Shown: positions 36,916-47,358 of the stretch, piece after piece
How positions within the stretch are numbered: the stretch's first letter is position 1
Layout of the letters: each line of letters begins with the position of its first letter
Origin: Nanobdellota archaeon
Lineage (GTDB): Archaea; Nanobdellota; Nanobdellia; Woesearchaeales; DATDXC01
Reading direction: 5' to 3'
DNA length: 56,341 nt
Assembly (NCBI GenBank): GCA_043818675.1
Contig: JBDRFR010000061.1
Span: forward strand, 1-56,341
Notes under the pieces: model-generated
The model's input: the letters and a program-made list of their open reading frames with translations, nothing else
The model's database searches: none
What the model was told of the DNA's origin: nothing
Program-made: the position numbers and the translations under genes

Positions 36916-37035
36916 AAAAAGTATACAATGACCGAAACAATAATAAAAACAATCATAGAAAAAACAGACATCAACACTTTGCGGATAACAGACGTGACAA
37001 ATACTATCAGTCAATTTTTTAGGGTATAAAAAAAA

Positions 37036-38955
37036 ATGAAAAGAGGACAGATCACCATATTTATAATAATGGGACTTGTGATAATGCTTGCAGTCTCGTA
37101 TTTTATCTTTATCAGGGAGAAGTCCATTATACAGCTGGAGCAGATCAACCCGGAACTGCTGCCTGTCCAAAGCTTTATTGAAACATGCATAATCAACACA
37201 GGCAAAGAAGGGCTTACCACGTTAGGGCTTAACGGCGGCTATATCTATTTCCCGCCGTATATCGAAGAAAACCCGGACAGCTATATATCAAGGTCGCCGA
37301 CGCCTGAGCTAAAAAATCCGTACTGGTGGTTCGACGGGATATCGCGTGTGCCGACAAAAGAGTTCATGCAGGACCAGATATCAAGGTATGTTACTGAAAA
37401 CCTGCCGGAATGCTTAAACAGCTTTGATGTTTTCAGCAATAAATATGAGGTTATCGAGCATGGCGATATGGGCACAATAACAGAAATCGGCAATTCGATG
37501 GAGTCGCTTGTAAAGATAGAGACAATGTATCCGCTTGAGATCAAAGATAAGTTTAATAAGACGCTTGCAGAGATAGACAGGTTCAGGGTAGAGGTGCCGG
37601 TGCGGCTTAATGCTGCGCATACGCTTGCAAGACGTATCATGGAATCAGAAAATGCTGGCGGGTTTATGGAAAAGAAAGTGATAGACCTTATAGCGATGGA
37701 CGATGATATACCAGATACTGGCGGGCCGAAGTTTCAGTGCAATAAGCTTCAATGGCAGGTGGAGCCGATCAAAAATAAATTAAAGATGCTCATGACAGAA
37801 AATTTCCCGTATATAAAGATCAGGGGGTCAAACTTTACACCTGACCGGTATGTGCCGCTGCCGGATATTGCGCCGTGGGCAAGCCTGCCTGAAACTTATA
37901 ATGCGTCATATTATTGGCACCATTATATATGGGAAGTGGGAGATGAAGACTATTCTAACATGAAAGTGGGGTTTACGTATGATAATTATGAGCTTGAATG
38001 GCTAAACGATTTCTATATACGGCCTAATAACTATCCGATAATCGAATCTAACTCACAGCGGGGCAACCAGATGCTGTCGTTCTTCTGCATGCATATATGG
38101 CATTTTACATACGATGTGAAGTTCCCGGTCAAGGTTACGATCGTTGACCAGGATACCAGAAAAAATGATGAGTTTTCGTTCATATTTGCGTTCCAGGGCA
38201 GTATTGACCATAATGAGCCAAGGAGGGATACGTTTGCTATAACTGATTATCAGACAAGCAATATTATCCGGGATGATGAGTTTTGCAGCAGTGAACTGGA
38301 TAATACAATGAGGTTCTATGCAATAGAAAACACTACGACAGGATATGAGCTTAAAGGCGTGAATCTAAGCTTTGTATGCGGCAGGTATGAGTGCCCTCTT
38401 GGCCTAACAACACCTGATTATTCAATGTACGGGACACCGTACTGGCAGGGAGTTATGCCTCGATGCACGCTTGGGATATTGAGGGCTAAAAAAGAGGGGT
38501 ATGCTGATTCGCAGCGGTTCATCTCGTCAGAAACCGAGGGCGCGTTTTATATCTATATGCGGCCTGTCAAAGAGATCAATTACAGTGTTGTTAAGCATGA
38601 ATATATGGGATCAGGCATCCCTAACGCGCCGGCGCAGAAACTAAAAGATGATGAGTCAGCGATAGTCATCATCAAAAAGCCAGGGTTTGAAGAGACAGCA
38701 ACATACAGGACAGACCAAAAGATCGAACTGCTGGACCGGGATGATTATGATTATGATGTGGAAGTGTACATAATGACAAACGAGTCAATGATTGGCGGGT
38801 ATAAAGGGAAGTGGCATGCGTCAGAAATAGAGATGGAGAATGCTAAAGAGGTTGTATTTCATGCTGTGTATAAGCCGTTTTCAGACGATACTGAGATGAT
38901 GATGTTTTTTGCAGGGCTGCCGAGCTATTCAAATAGGGAGCCGGAATTCAGATGA
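37036..38955 (+). CDS. Large protein with class III (pilin-like) signal peptide, module C (639 aa)
   Basis: N-terminus MKRGQITIFIIMGLVIMLAVSYF. Paralog of the 13024 and 27151 proteins. Confidence 0.85.
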   Translation: MKRGQITIFIIMGLVIMLAVSYFIFIREKSIIQLEQINPELLPVQSFIETCIINTGKEGLTTLGLNGGYIYFPPYIEENPDSYISRSPTPELKNPYWWFDGISRVPTKEFMQDQISRYVTENLPECLNSFDVFSNKYEVIEHGDMGTITEIGNSMESLVKIETMYPLEIKDKFNKTLAEIDRFRVEVPVRLNAAHTLARRIMESENAGGFMEKKVIDLIAMDDDIPDTGGPKFQCNKLQWQVEPIKNKLKMLMTENFPYIKIRGSNFTPDRYVPLPDIAPWASLPETYNASYYWHHYIWEVGDEDYSNMKVGFTYDNYELEWLNDFYIRPNNYPIIESNSQRGNQMLSFFCMHIWHFTYDVKFPVKVTIVDQDTRKNDEFSFIFAFQGSIDHNEPRRDTFAITDYQTSNIIRDDEFCSSELDNTMRFYAIENTTTGYELKGVNLSFVCGRYECPLGLTTPDYSMYGTPYWQGVMPRCTLGILRAKKEGYADSQRFISSETEGAFYIYMRPVKEINYSVVKHEYMGSGIPNAPAQKLKDDESAIVIIKKPGFEETATYRTDQKIELLDRDDYDYDVEVYIMTNESMIGGYKGKWHASEIEMENAKEVVFHAVYKPFSDDTEMMMFFAGLPSYSNREPEFR

Positions 38956-41900
38956 TAAATAAAGAATTAATCGCATTAACACTTATCTGGCTAGTTATAC
39001 TAATGCCGATCACATCGGCAGAGATTGTTATACGGGATGTTACAGTTGAAGATGTTACAGACAGCGGCTCCAATATCACATGGAACACTGACATATCATC
39101 AACAGCAAGAGTAACATACGGGAAAACTGTACCGTTATCAGAAAACGCATATGGAGCAGGCCTTAGCAAAAACCATTCTGTCATCGTAGAGGATCTTGAC
39201 GAGTCAACTCCGTACTTGTTTGAAGTATACTCGCTTGCAGGCTCTAATTCAGGAACAGACAATAACAACGGACAATATTACCAGTTTACAACACTACCGG
39301 ATGTTACGCCAAATATTAAAACTTTTATCAATAGATATCAGCAGACAAGAACTAAACAGATAGAGCTATGGACAGACCCTAACAGCGAAGTTGAGATATC
39401 TGTCAATAACGGAGCAACAGACCTGCAAAGAAGCTATGCAGACCCTAAAGGGTTTTTTTCTGCTACTGTTGACCTCTTGGACGGAGACAATACTCTCAAG
39501 GTCAAGGTTGAAGACCCAAGAGGGCATAAGAATGAAACAGAATTTATCATTACAGTTGACCAGATAATACCCAGCTTTAATATCAGGCCGCTGATACCGC
39601 CACTTACTGCCAAGAATAAGATCCTTGTAAACGGGACAGTTGATGAGAATGTTACAATGAATTTAACTTTGGAGTACCAAAAAACTGATACAACACCGCC
39701 TGCCAAAGTAATCAACCTCACAAATGTTACTATCGACAGCAACTCAGTTGAGCTTGAATGGAACAAGATTACTGATGCTGAAAAGTACCTGGTTTACCGG
39801 GATAATTATTTACTTTCGGTACGAACTACTAACCAGTTTACTGATCAGGTTAATACAAGCACTGAATATACATATTCTGTTTCTGCTGTGGATGCATCGT
39901 GCAACCAAGGTGAAGGTTCTGATGAATTGGTTATAAAAACTCAATCAGGCGCAAATAATGTTACAGCAACTGTTACACCACCACAATCTGAGTGCGGCTT
40001 TGTGCAAGAAGTTATAATAAATACTAAAGATTTTTTTAAGCAGGAATTTACGCTCAAAGATGAAGGGTTTTATATGTTAACTGTCGAAGCAAAAGACCCT
40101 GCTGGGAATATGAACAAAACAGAATTCAATATATATTATGATGTTAACCCGCCGGAAATAACTGATATTGAGCCGCCGGACGGGACAGACTTTTTTGAGC
40201 AGTTTGCTGACGATGTGGACATTACAGGCAAAACTGACCCGGGAGCTAAAGTGTACCTGTATGTTAAAAGGACGCCGATGGGTGAATGGAACACGACAAT
40301 GTTTGAGAGGATTGCAGATCAGATCAACACGATAGCAGAAGAAGACCTGTCAACTGATAGTGATAGAAACTCAAGAGCGGATTATATGACGCTTGCTGAT
40401 GCGAACGGCAATTTTCTTTTTCCTAAAGTTGACATCAGGTCAAGTGTGGCGCTGGGCGGGAGGGTGCAGCAAATCAATTATGAGGATCTGCATGATCTTA
40501 CAAACCAATATAAAGAGATTCAAAAATCTAACTTATTATTCATAGCAACAGACGCGTTCCAAAAAAGAGGGTATGAGCCGATAGAATACGATGTTAAGAC
40601 GTGCTGGTCAGGCGATATGTTATGGGATGCTACGCCGCTTCTGCCCTACCAAAGCCCTGCGTTCATCTCAACTGAGCGGCTTGCAGAAGGGCTGGAGACA
40701 TTATACTTTTATTTTAATTTTACATATTATGGTGATGCAGTAAAAGACCAGGCAGAGATCACAAGCGTCACTGTTGAGCGGGCGTGCGATGAGTATATAG
40801 TAAGAGACCCTAATTATAATCACAGCTGCAATGTAATGGGATCGTCGGCTGCGACTGTAAGGATAATCAATGGAAAAACTGCTTATGTAGTGTATAGGCT
40901 TTCTGCTTATAAAGTGATGGACCAGTGGAGCAGCGGCGACTGGAACAATTTTTTTAAAGGATTAACAGATAACCAGATGCTGTTTCCACTGAGGTTTACT
41001 ATCCAGTATAAATATAAAAAACGAATCCAGGAATATGATACAAACGGCATTGTTAGGGCATGGAGCGGGCAGGATGCTTCTGGAAATTTCTATTATACAA
41101 CCGGGACACAGAGGTTTTGTGAAAGTGTAGGGTATTATGTTGATATGGGGAGGATTGACCCGCGGGATGTCCTGCCTGACTGGCTGCTGTATGATTTTGT
41201 CGATATCTTAGAAGATATAATAGAAAAGACCACTGAATGGATCGACGACCTGGGTAAGATACTTGAACAGGTCGCTATGGGGTGCATGATATCGTACTTT
41301 GGCAAATTTTTTATCAAGGTCTATCGGAATTTTAACTGCCGGATCGAAGGGATAAAAAATGTGGGAGCGGCTGTTACAGGCGGAGGCGCTGCGACTGCTA
41401 AATGCAAGCAGTGCATCCAGGATTTTGATTATAAGGGAAGTGTACCCAAGGGAATGAACATTGATGTTATGAAGCCTGATGATATTTCAGATACCTGCTT
41501 AAAAGAATGCTACCCTGGATGTTACAGCGCGTGGCAGACAGAGGCAACATGGCATACATTTTTCAGGTATACCTGTGATCGGCTGTTTGGGCATTCGTCG
41601 CCTGCGGGCTGGACTGAGGACAAATCTAATAATGAAATACTTAAGAAAATTAAGGGCGGGTCGCAGTGCGACAGCGACCAGTCTACAAAAGGAAGGAGGC
41701 TGACTGTTGTTAATTGCAGGGAAGCCTACAGAAGGCTAAGCGGTGGCAGTGCAGCAGGCGGGTTTGGAACTAATGATGAATGCGTTGAAATGACTGGTGT
41801 ATCGACTGGTGTATCCGGAGCGGTCAACACAATTCAATTGTATAAAATTGGCAACGCACAGAGCAGTGGAAGCAGCATATACAACTTAATTTATCAACAA

Positions 41901-44900
41901 ACAGATTTAAGCAGGACCTTTTCGACTGAGTATGCAATCAAACAGTCTAACAATTATTATTTAACATACCAACCAAAAACGTGCGCTGAAATATGCGGCG
42001 CGCCAGGATCGACTGTATCAACTGGACCTGCTAAAACTGTATCAGTCGGCACAAAAAAAATTAATATTTACCCTATCAAGCCGCCAACAACTGGAAGTGT
42101 GGCTAAAACTAAAGACCCTTATTATACCTGCACAATCGCTGACTCATGCAAAAGCCTGAACAAAAATACGGATGATCAACATAAAAGTACAATCAATGAT
42201 GCGTTTACAGCCGGATATACAAATGATTGTTTCTATAAAAAAATATTTGCAAAGGATCAGGAAGTAACAAATGCATTAGATAAACCACAATCTGTGAGCG
42301 GCAAATCAAGTGAACGGTACGAATGCTGCTGTATCAGCGCTGGTGAGAATAGCGCTGCAGACCAATACTACCAGCCGCAGGATGTTGAATCAAAAACTAA
42401 GAAAAAGGCGCCTTATGGAGTGGATCATGCAGGAGGCAATGGAATAACAGACCCAAAAGAATACGCAGATATGGAATGGAGTTATAGGTATTTTAAGATC
42501 AATTGGGCAGCGCCAGCAAGTAGAACAGGCACGGTGGTGCGTGATCAATATAACCCTGACAGGTACACATCCGGAAGGGATGCGCCTGCTTGTTTTGGGC
42601 AGGACCATCTATGGGGTGGAGAAGAGGTAGTGAAACTTGACCCTGCAAGGGATTTTCTTGCGGCATTCCAATGCGCTGATGTAGGAGGTATCCTAAACAG
42701 GCTGTATCTTGTAAGAAACCTGGCAACTGCGCTTAAAACCTGCCTGATGCAGGTACGGACAACCGGGAGAGCAGATTCAGGGATGTGCAAGGAGATGTTT
42801 ACACAGTACATATGCTCGTTTATATGGAAGGTTATAGTCTGGGTGCGCGACGGGTGCAGCCCGATGGGGTCGCTATTGGATGCAGACGGTGAAGCTGGAT
42901 GGTCGCAGTATATTGTTGCGGGGGTTGGGTCGATGGTGGATTCTGTCCAGGATTCACAACTAGAGATGGCGCAGGAGTACGGCAATGCTGACATCAACAG
43001 CCTGTTTGGGATGGGAGAAGAGGCTGTTGCAAGGAAAGTTTGCCTGGCTGCGTTTGGGTATGACTGGGATATAGGTGTCCAGAATTTTGTCGATGCTGCG
43101 TACGCTGCGCCGTATGAGACGCTTGTAATGGCGCCGAACATACTTCAGGGCAGGGAATACCTGACGTTTGACCCGACAACGTCACCGTCGCAGTCTGTCT
43201 ATGAATATAAAAATACATGGACCATCAATCCGGGGTGTAATTTTGACGGGTATAGAGTTTATCTAACATGCATAGGAAGCGAAGAGTTTGCAACGCAACA
43301 GGATGTACGATGCGACAAGGTTGAAAGCCCGCAAAAGCCTGACTGCCCGTGCGCTAACGGAGCGTCGCAGTCGCGGCTGCTGTATACAGGCGGAGCGCTA
43401 ACCAAGAATGTTCTGGAGGATATTGACCATACGATGATCCCTGCAGCCAATAGGATCGTTACGTCACCGTATCGGTATGACCATATAAAAATCGAGATTG
43501 ACGCTAAAAATATTGCGGCAGCGCAGGGAGATGTCAACAGGTGTTTTGGCGAGGGGCATGTGCAGGGCACAAAAGGCGTGTATTATTTCCCTATCAAAGA
43601 TTATACACCTTCGGATTTTGTGGCGTGCGAAGTTGATGCGGCTTCAGGCACGTTCTACTGCAATAAAGGGGCTGCGTTTTTGAACCCGTACGGGACAACG
43701 TATCTTACTTCGCTTAAGGTTAACAATAAGCAGGTGTATCCGCCTACTGCTGTAGGTACGTTTACTGTAGAACCACTGGTATTATATGCAAAGGATGATA
43801 GGACTATAAGCGGGACTGTTAATTATTATAAGGATGATAAGGCAAAATGCTTGGTAGTCAGATTGACGGATAGCATGGGCCAGCTCATAGGACAACAGCA
43901 TAATTTCAAACTTACAGGATCTGCCGGAGACCAGACAAGGTCAATACCGACGATTAATATTGGCGACCAGTACACACCGAGCCTTGCGGCGGGTGTAACT
44001 TATAGTGTTACGTCAAGCCCCGCAGGTTTAAACGGAGAGGTTGTTAATCCTGTTGGGTTCACTACAGTTATAACAAAATCAAAATCGATAACATTCCAGG
44101 ATGGAAACAGTGATAATAAGATTGAATTAAAAGACGGATCAGTTGATAAATTCAAGATAGACGGATCGTTCGTGCCCTTATCAACGGTTTGTGCGAGCAA
44201 TATTTGCACGTTTGCCTTAAATTGGAATGATGGTAATAAAGCAGACGTAAAGTTGATTTATACTGAGATTGCTATTACTCAACCTGAAACTGAAAAGGTA
44301 TATAGTTTAACCATTACAAAACAACCTATGTCTTCTACCACACCTGGCGCACGTTTTGGGCTGCATATTGACCTTAGAAATCCGGTGACGGAAAACGGGG
44401 ACTGCGCGCAGGCTGCAGCGTCTATCTATGATGATAGCCTGGTTGTTGTAAATAACGGGATAAGGCAGTGGTATGATGTGCCTATCCAAGTTCTTGCTGG
44501 GAGTGGGTATGATAGTCAAAGATGCGCGCCAAATATGCCTATTTCAAATGATTGTTATTGCGCGCCTACCACTATTACAAGCACTACACAGCTGGACTGC
44601 CCTAAAGCAACTCTGGGTTATTATTACTGCGTTGATAGTAAATGCAGGCGGTATAATAAATGCACAATGGATACAAACGGCGAAGTTAACAACGGGCCTT
44701 GTGTTTGCGGTGTTGTAAATGATGTGAATAAATTTGATTGCGGGTATACAACTGGCGCTGCTGATAATGACTATGCCGGAACTGATCCAACTAATAAAGC
44801 GGAATATCAGTATTGTTCTGCTACTACGACGGGTGGTTCTTTATCATGCAAAAAAGCGGCCAGTGCTGCTGTAGTGAGATCCCTAAGTACTACTGCTGAT

Positions 44901-45818
44901 ACGACTATGTTTAATACACTATCTTCGAAGATTTCAATATCAACTACATTAACAGATGCTATTGCGGTATTGAAATCTGATTATAATGAATTCAATACAC
45001 CTGTAAAATTTTTAAAAACTGATACTGGTGCAAAATTGACTATATTCAATAAATTAATTGAATTGATCAGAGAAGAATCAACACTTACTTCACTGACATA
45101 TTTAAAATTGGATAAGATCAACAAAATTTATTACTGGAAAGGCGGAGATGATATCCGATTGTTTATTGATGAAAGCATTAGGTTCAAATCTGATTGGAAC
45201 ACTTATACTTATGAGGAGTATTGGATTGATTATCCGATAATAGATGCATATAAAGATAAACCGTATAACGTAGCTGCTGCTGGCATAATTCGCTTTGGAG
45301 ATGCAGAGGTTACTGCTGCAAGTACGAGCACAACTGGCGAATTAATTGAAAATACTGATGTGGAAGGAAAATTGAAAGCAGGGATAACATTATACTATTA
45401 TGATGTGGGTTTCCGGACTGTAAAAGGAACTGAAGTAGATTATGAAGAATGGACTTATGATAGCCATAGTACTACATACAAAGGTAAAAAATATAAGAAT
45501 ATTGTTCTATTCAAAACTGTTTGTACCAAAAACATTAACGATGTACTCTATGAGTCGATTAGTGAGTTACCCGATTGTACAACCACACCAGCCTGCTTCT
45601 TACCCCAGACAAAGATCACGATGGCTGATAATTCCAAGAAGGAGATACAGGACATCATACCTGGCGATAGGGTTATATCGTATGACCTGGAGAATAACAT
45701 GCCTGTGGAATCTGAAGTGTTGAACACATTTGTGCATCCGGAATATGAGTACTTGGTCATCAATGATAATATCAAGGTCACGCCGTACCATTATGTGTAT
45801 GCTAAAAGGAACAGGTGA
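38952..45818 (+). CDS. Giant secreted surface protein, paralog C (2288 aa), with FN3/Ig-like repeats and a Cys-rich domain, ending in an N-terminal split Hint/intein half
   Basis: Signal peptide LIALTLIWLVILMPITSA. FN3-like segments (VTDSGSNITWNTDISSTARVTYG...STPYLFEVYS; DSNSVELEWNKITDAEKYLVYRDN...EYTYSVSAVDASCNQG). Cys-rich domain homologous to paralogs A and B. The last 74 aa are CFLPQTKITMADNSKKEIQDIIPGDRVISYDL...KVTPYHYVYAKRNR-stop. Confidence 0.9.
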   Translation: MINKELIALTLIWLVILMPITSAEIVIRDVTVEDVTDSGSNITWNTDISSTARVTYGKTVPLSENAYGAGLSKNHSVIVEDLDESTPYLFEVYSLAGSNSGTDNNNGQYYQFTTLPDVTPNIKTFINRYQQTRTKQIELWTDPNSEVEISVNNGATDLQRSYADPKGFFSATVDLLDGDNTLKVKVEDPRGHKNETEFIITVDQIIPSFNIRPLIPPLTAKNKILVNGTVDENVTMNLTLEYQKTDTTPPAKVINLTNVTIDSNSVELEWNKITDAEKYLVYRDNYLLSVRTTNQFTDQVNTSTEYTYSVSAVDASCNQGEGSDELVIKTQSGANNVTATVTPPQSECGFVQEVIINTKDFFKQEFTLKDEGFYMLTVEAKDPAGNMNKTEFNIYYDVNPPEITDIEPPDGTDFFEQFADDVDITGKTDPGAKVYLYVKRTPMGEWNTTMFERIADQINTIAEEDLSTDSDRNSRADYMTLADANGNFLFPKVDIRSSVALGGRVQQINYEDLHDLTNQYKEIQKSNLLFIATDAFQKRGYEPIEYDVKTCWSGDMLWDATPLLPYQSPAFISTERLAEGLETLYFYFNFTYYGDAVKDQAEITSVTVERACDEYIVRDPNYNHSCNVMGSSAATVRIINGKTAYVVYRLSAYKVMDQWSSGDWNNFFKGLTDNQMLFPLRFTIQYKYKKRIQEYDTNGIVRAWSGQDASGNFYYTTGTQRFCESVGYYVDMGRIDPRDVLPDWLLYDFVDILEDIIEKTTEWIDDLGKILEQVAMGCMISYFGKFFIKVYRNFNCRIEGIKNVGAAVTGGGAATAKCKQCIQDFDYKGSVPKGMNIDVMKPDDISDTCLKECYPGCYSAWQTEATWHTFFRYTCDRLFGHSSPAGWTEDKSNNEILKKIKGGSQCDSDQSTKGRRLTVVNCREAYRRLSGGSAAGGFGTNDECVEMTGVSTGVSGAVNTIQLYKIGNAQSSGSSIYNLIYQQTDLSRTFSTEYAIKQSNNYYLTYQPKTCAEICGAPGSTVSTGPAKTVSVGTKKINIYPIKPPTTGSVAKTKDPYYTCTIADSCKSLNKNTDDQHKSTINDAFTAGYTNDCFYKKIFAKDQEVTNALDKPQSVSGKSSERYECCCISAGENSAADQYYQPQDVESKTKKKAPYGVDHAGGNGITDPKEYADMEWSYRYFKINWAAPASRTGTVVRDQYNPDRYTSGRDAPACFGQDHLWGGEEVVKLDPARDFLAAFQCADVGGILNRLYLVRNLATALKTCLMQVRTTGRADSGMCKEMFTQYICSFIWKVIVWVRDGCSPMGSLLDADGEAGWSQYIVAGVGSMVDSVQDSQLEMAQEYGNADINSLFGMGEEAVARKVCLAAFGYDWDIGVQNFVDAAYAAPYETLVMAPNILQGREYLTFDPTTSPSQSVYEYKNTWTINPGCNFDGYRVYLTCIGSEEFATQQDVRCDKVESPQKPDCPCANGASQSRLLYTGGALTKNVLEDIDHTMIPAANRIVTSPYRYDHIKIEIDAKNIAAAQGDVNRCFGEGHVQGTKGVYYFPIKDYTPSDFVACEVDAASGTFYCNKGAAFLNPYGTTYLTSLKVNNKQVYPPTAVGTFTVEPLVLYAKDDRTISGTVNYYKDDKAKCLVVRLTDSMGQLIGQQHNFKLTGSAGDQTRSIPTINIGDQYTPSLAAGVTYSVTSSPAGLNGEVVNPVGFTTVITKSKSITFQDGNSDNKIELKDGSVDKFKIDGSFVPLSTVCASNICTFALNWNDGNKADVKLIYTEIAITQPETEKVYSLTITKQPMSSTTPGARFGLHIDLRNPVTENGDCAQAAASIYDDSLVVVNNGIRQWYDVPIQVLAGSGYDSQRCAPNMPISNDCYCAPTTITSTTQLDCPKATLGYYYCVDSKCRRYNKCTMDTNGEVNNGPCVCGVVNDVNKFDCGYTTGAADNDYAGTDPTNKAEYQYCSATTTGGSLSCKKAASAAVVRSLSTTADTTMFNTLSSKISISTTLTDAIAVLKSDYNEFNTPVKFLKTDTGAKLTIFNKLIELIREESTLTSLTYLKLDKINKIYYWKGGDDIRLFIDESIRFKSDWNTYTYEEYWIDYPIIDAYKDKPYNVAAAGIIRFGDAEVTAASTSTTGELIENTDVEGKLKAGITLYYYDVGFRTVKGTEVDYEEWTYDSHSTTYKGKKYKNIVLFKTVCTKNINDVLYESISELPDCTTTPACFLPQTKITMADNSKKEIQDIIPGDRVISYDLENNMPVESEVLNTFVHPEYEYLVINDNIKVTPYHYVYAKRNR
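45594..45815 (+). other. Split Hint/intein N-half IntN3 (74 aa) at the C-terminus of the giant protein
   Basis: Cys1 at TGC 45594 and a TxxH motif TPYH. It stops at the same structural position as IntN1 and IntN2, plus a 3-aa RNR extension. Confidence 0.8.
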
Positions 45819-45841
45819 TATTTTGGACTTAAGTACAAAAA

Positions 45842-46015
45842 ATGGGACAACGAATTGAAAAGATAGCTGAAGTGTTCTTTGAAAATCCAGGCAGCCGGTT
45901 TACTGTAAGAAGGCTGGAAAAATTATCAAAAATATCAAAATCAACAGTGAAAAACTATCTGGACTTATTGAAAAAGGTAAGAGATTTTCGTTTTAATAAT
46001 AGTAGGTTAACATGA
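45842..46015 (+). CDS. Small wHTH protein, 57 aa (below the ORF-track cutoff)
   Basis: MGQRIEKIAEVFFENPGSRFTVRRLEKLSKISKSTVKNYLDLLKK resembles the wHTH N-termini of the 6467 and 52908 proteins. ATGA overlap with the 46012 gene. Confidence 0.45.
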   Translation: MGQRIEKIAEVFFENPGSRFTVRRLEKLSKISKSTVKNYLDLLKKVRDFRFNNSRLT

Positions 46016-47358
46016 AAAAAAAAGAGCTGGAGTTTATACTGCAGGACGGAGAAGGGTTAAAAATTGAGTTTAAGGAAAGCTTAAAGAATGTTGATAAGGA
46101 GATGGCTGCGTTTGCTAACGGCTCTGGCGGCAGGATTTTTCTTGGAGTTAGTGACCAGGGAAAAATAAAAGGTGTTAATATTAGTAATCATCTAAAATCG
46201 CAGATACAGGATACTGCAAATAACTGTGACCCGCCGGTTAAGATAAAACTTGAGAAGCTGGAGAATATCCTGATAATCAGTATAGAAGAAGGAATTGATA
46301 AGCCTTATAGGTGTTCATCCGGATTTTATATCAGGCAGGGGCCAAACTCGCAAAAGATGAAGACAGAAGACATCAAAAGCATGGTTTTTGCTCAGGGTAA
46401 AATAAAATTTGATGAGCAGACTAACAGTGATTTTGACTTTGATGATTTTGACCATAAAACATTTGATAATTATCTTAGTAGGGCAGGAATAGAGATGAGT
46501 TCAAACAGAAAAAACACATTATTTAATTTAGGCGTTACTGATAAGAATAATAAGATGAAGAATGCAGGCATATTGGCCTTCTCAAAAAATCCTAAAAAGT
46601 ATTTCATCAATGCATATATAACATGCGCAAGGTATGCTGGAACAGAAAAAGTTGACGTTCTTGACAGATTAGACCTAGAATCGAGTATTGTGGCTTCGGT
46701 TGAGGGTGCAATAAGGTTTATCAGAAGGAACACAAGGACAGGATATAAGATCAAAGGCATTGAAAGAGAAGAGATACCTGAATACCCAGTAGAGGCGCTG
46801 AGAGAGGCGATAATCAATGCAGTAATGCACCGGGACTATTTTGAAAAAGGAGCAAATGTTCAGATAGATATTTTCGAGAATCGCATTCAAATCTCGAATA
46901 TTGGATCTTTAATACCCCCTTTGAATAAGGATAATCTGGGCGAGATAGCTGTTAGGAGAAATCCACTTATAGCAGACCTTCTTCACAGGGTGCATCTAGT
47001 CGAAAAGATGGGAACCGGGCTTAAGAGAATAGAAGAAGAATGCAAAAAGCACGGACAGATAGGGTTTGAGATAAAGACTAACGGCTATTTTATTGCAATA
47101 TTTAGAGTAAAAGACATAAGAAGGGTCGGTGAAAAGGTCGGTGAAAAGGTCGGTGAAAAGGTCGGTGAAAAACTGACTGAAAACCAAAGTAGGATTATTG
47201 AGCAGATTATGCAGAATAATAAAATTTCTGCAAGAGAGTTGTCCACTATCGTAGGAATATCTCAAAGAAAGATAGAAGAAAATTTATCAAAACTAAGACA
47301 AAAAGGACTTTTGAGAAGGATAGGCCCTGCTAAAGGAGGGTATTGGGAAGTAAGATGA
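46012..47358 (+). CDS. AlbA_2 (Schlafen/divergent AAA_4) + HATPase_c_4-like + C-terminal wHTH putative regulator, copy 1
   Basis: GEGLKIEFKESL...EMAAFANGSGGRIFLGVSDQGKIKGV is the AlbA_2 signature. REAIINAVMHRDYFEKGANVQIDIF...RRNPLIADLLHRVHLVEKMGTGLKRI is the RecG-C-terminal-like domain. wHTH tail ISARELSTIVGISQRKIEENLSKLRQKGLLRRIG. Confidence 0.8.
   Translation: MKKKELEFILQDGEGLKIEFKESLKNVDKEMAAFANGSGGRIFLGVSDQGKIKGVNISNHLKSQIQDTANNCDPPVKIKLEKLENILIISIEEGIDKPYRCSSGFYIRQGPNSQKMKTEDIKSMVFAQGKIKFDEQTNSDFDFDDFDHKTFDNYLSRAGIEMSSNRKNTLFNLGVTDKNNKMKNAGILAFSKNPKKYFINAYITCARYAGTEKVDVLDRLDLESSIVASVEGAIRFIRRNTRTGYKIKGIEREEIPEYPVEALREAIINAVMHRDYFEKGANVQIDIFENRIQISNIGSLIPPLNKDNLGEIAVRRNPLIADLLHRVHLVEKMGTGLKRIEEECKKHGQIGFEIKTNGYFIAIFRVKDIRRVGEKVGEKVGEKVGEKLTENQSRIIEQIMQNNKISARELSTIVGISQRKIEENLSKLRQKGLLRRIGPAKGGYWEVR
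47124..47171 (+). repeat. Perfect 12-nt tandem repeat x4 (GGTCGGTGAAAA), coding (VGEK)4
   Basis: Four exact copies lie between the HATPase_c_4-like domain and the wHTH of copy 1. The repeat is absent from copy 2. Confidence 0.95.
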
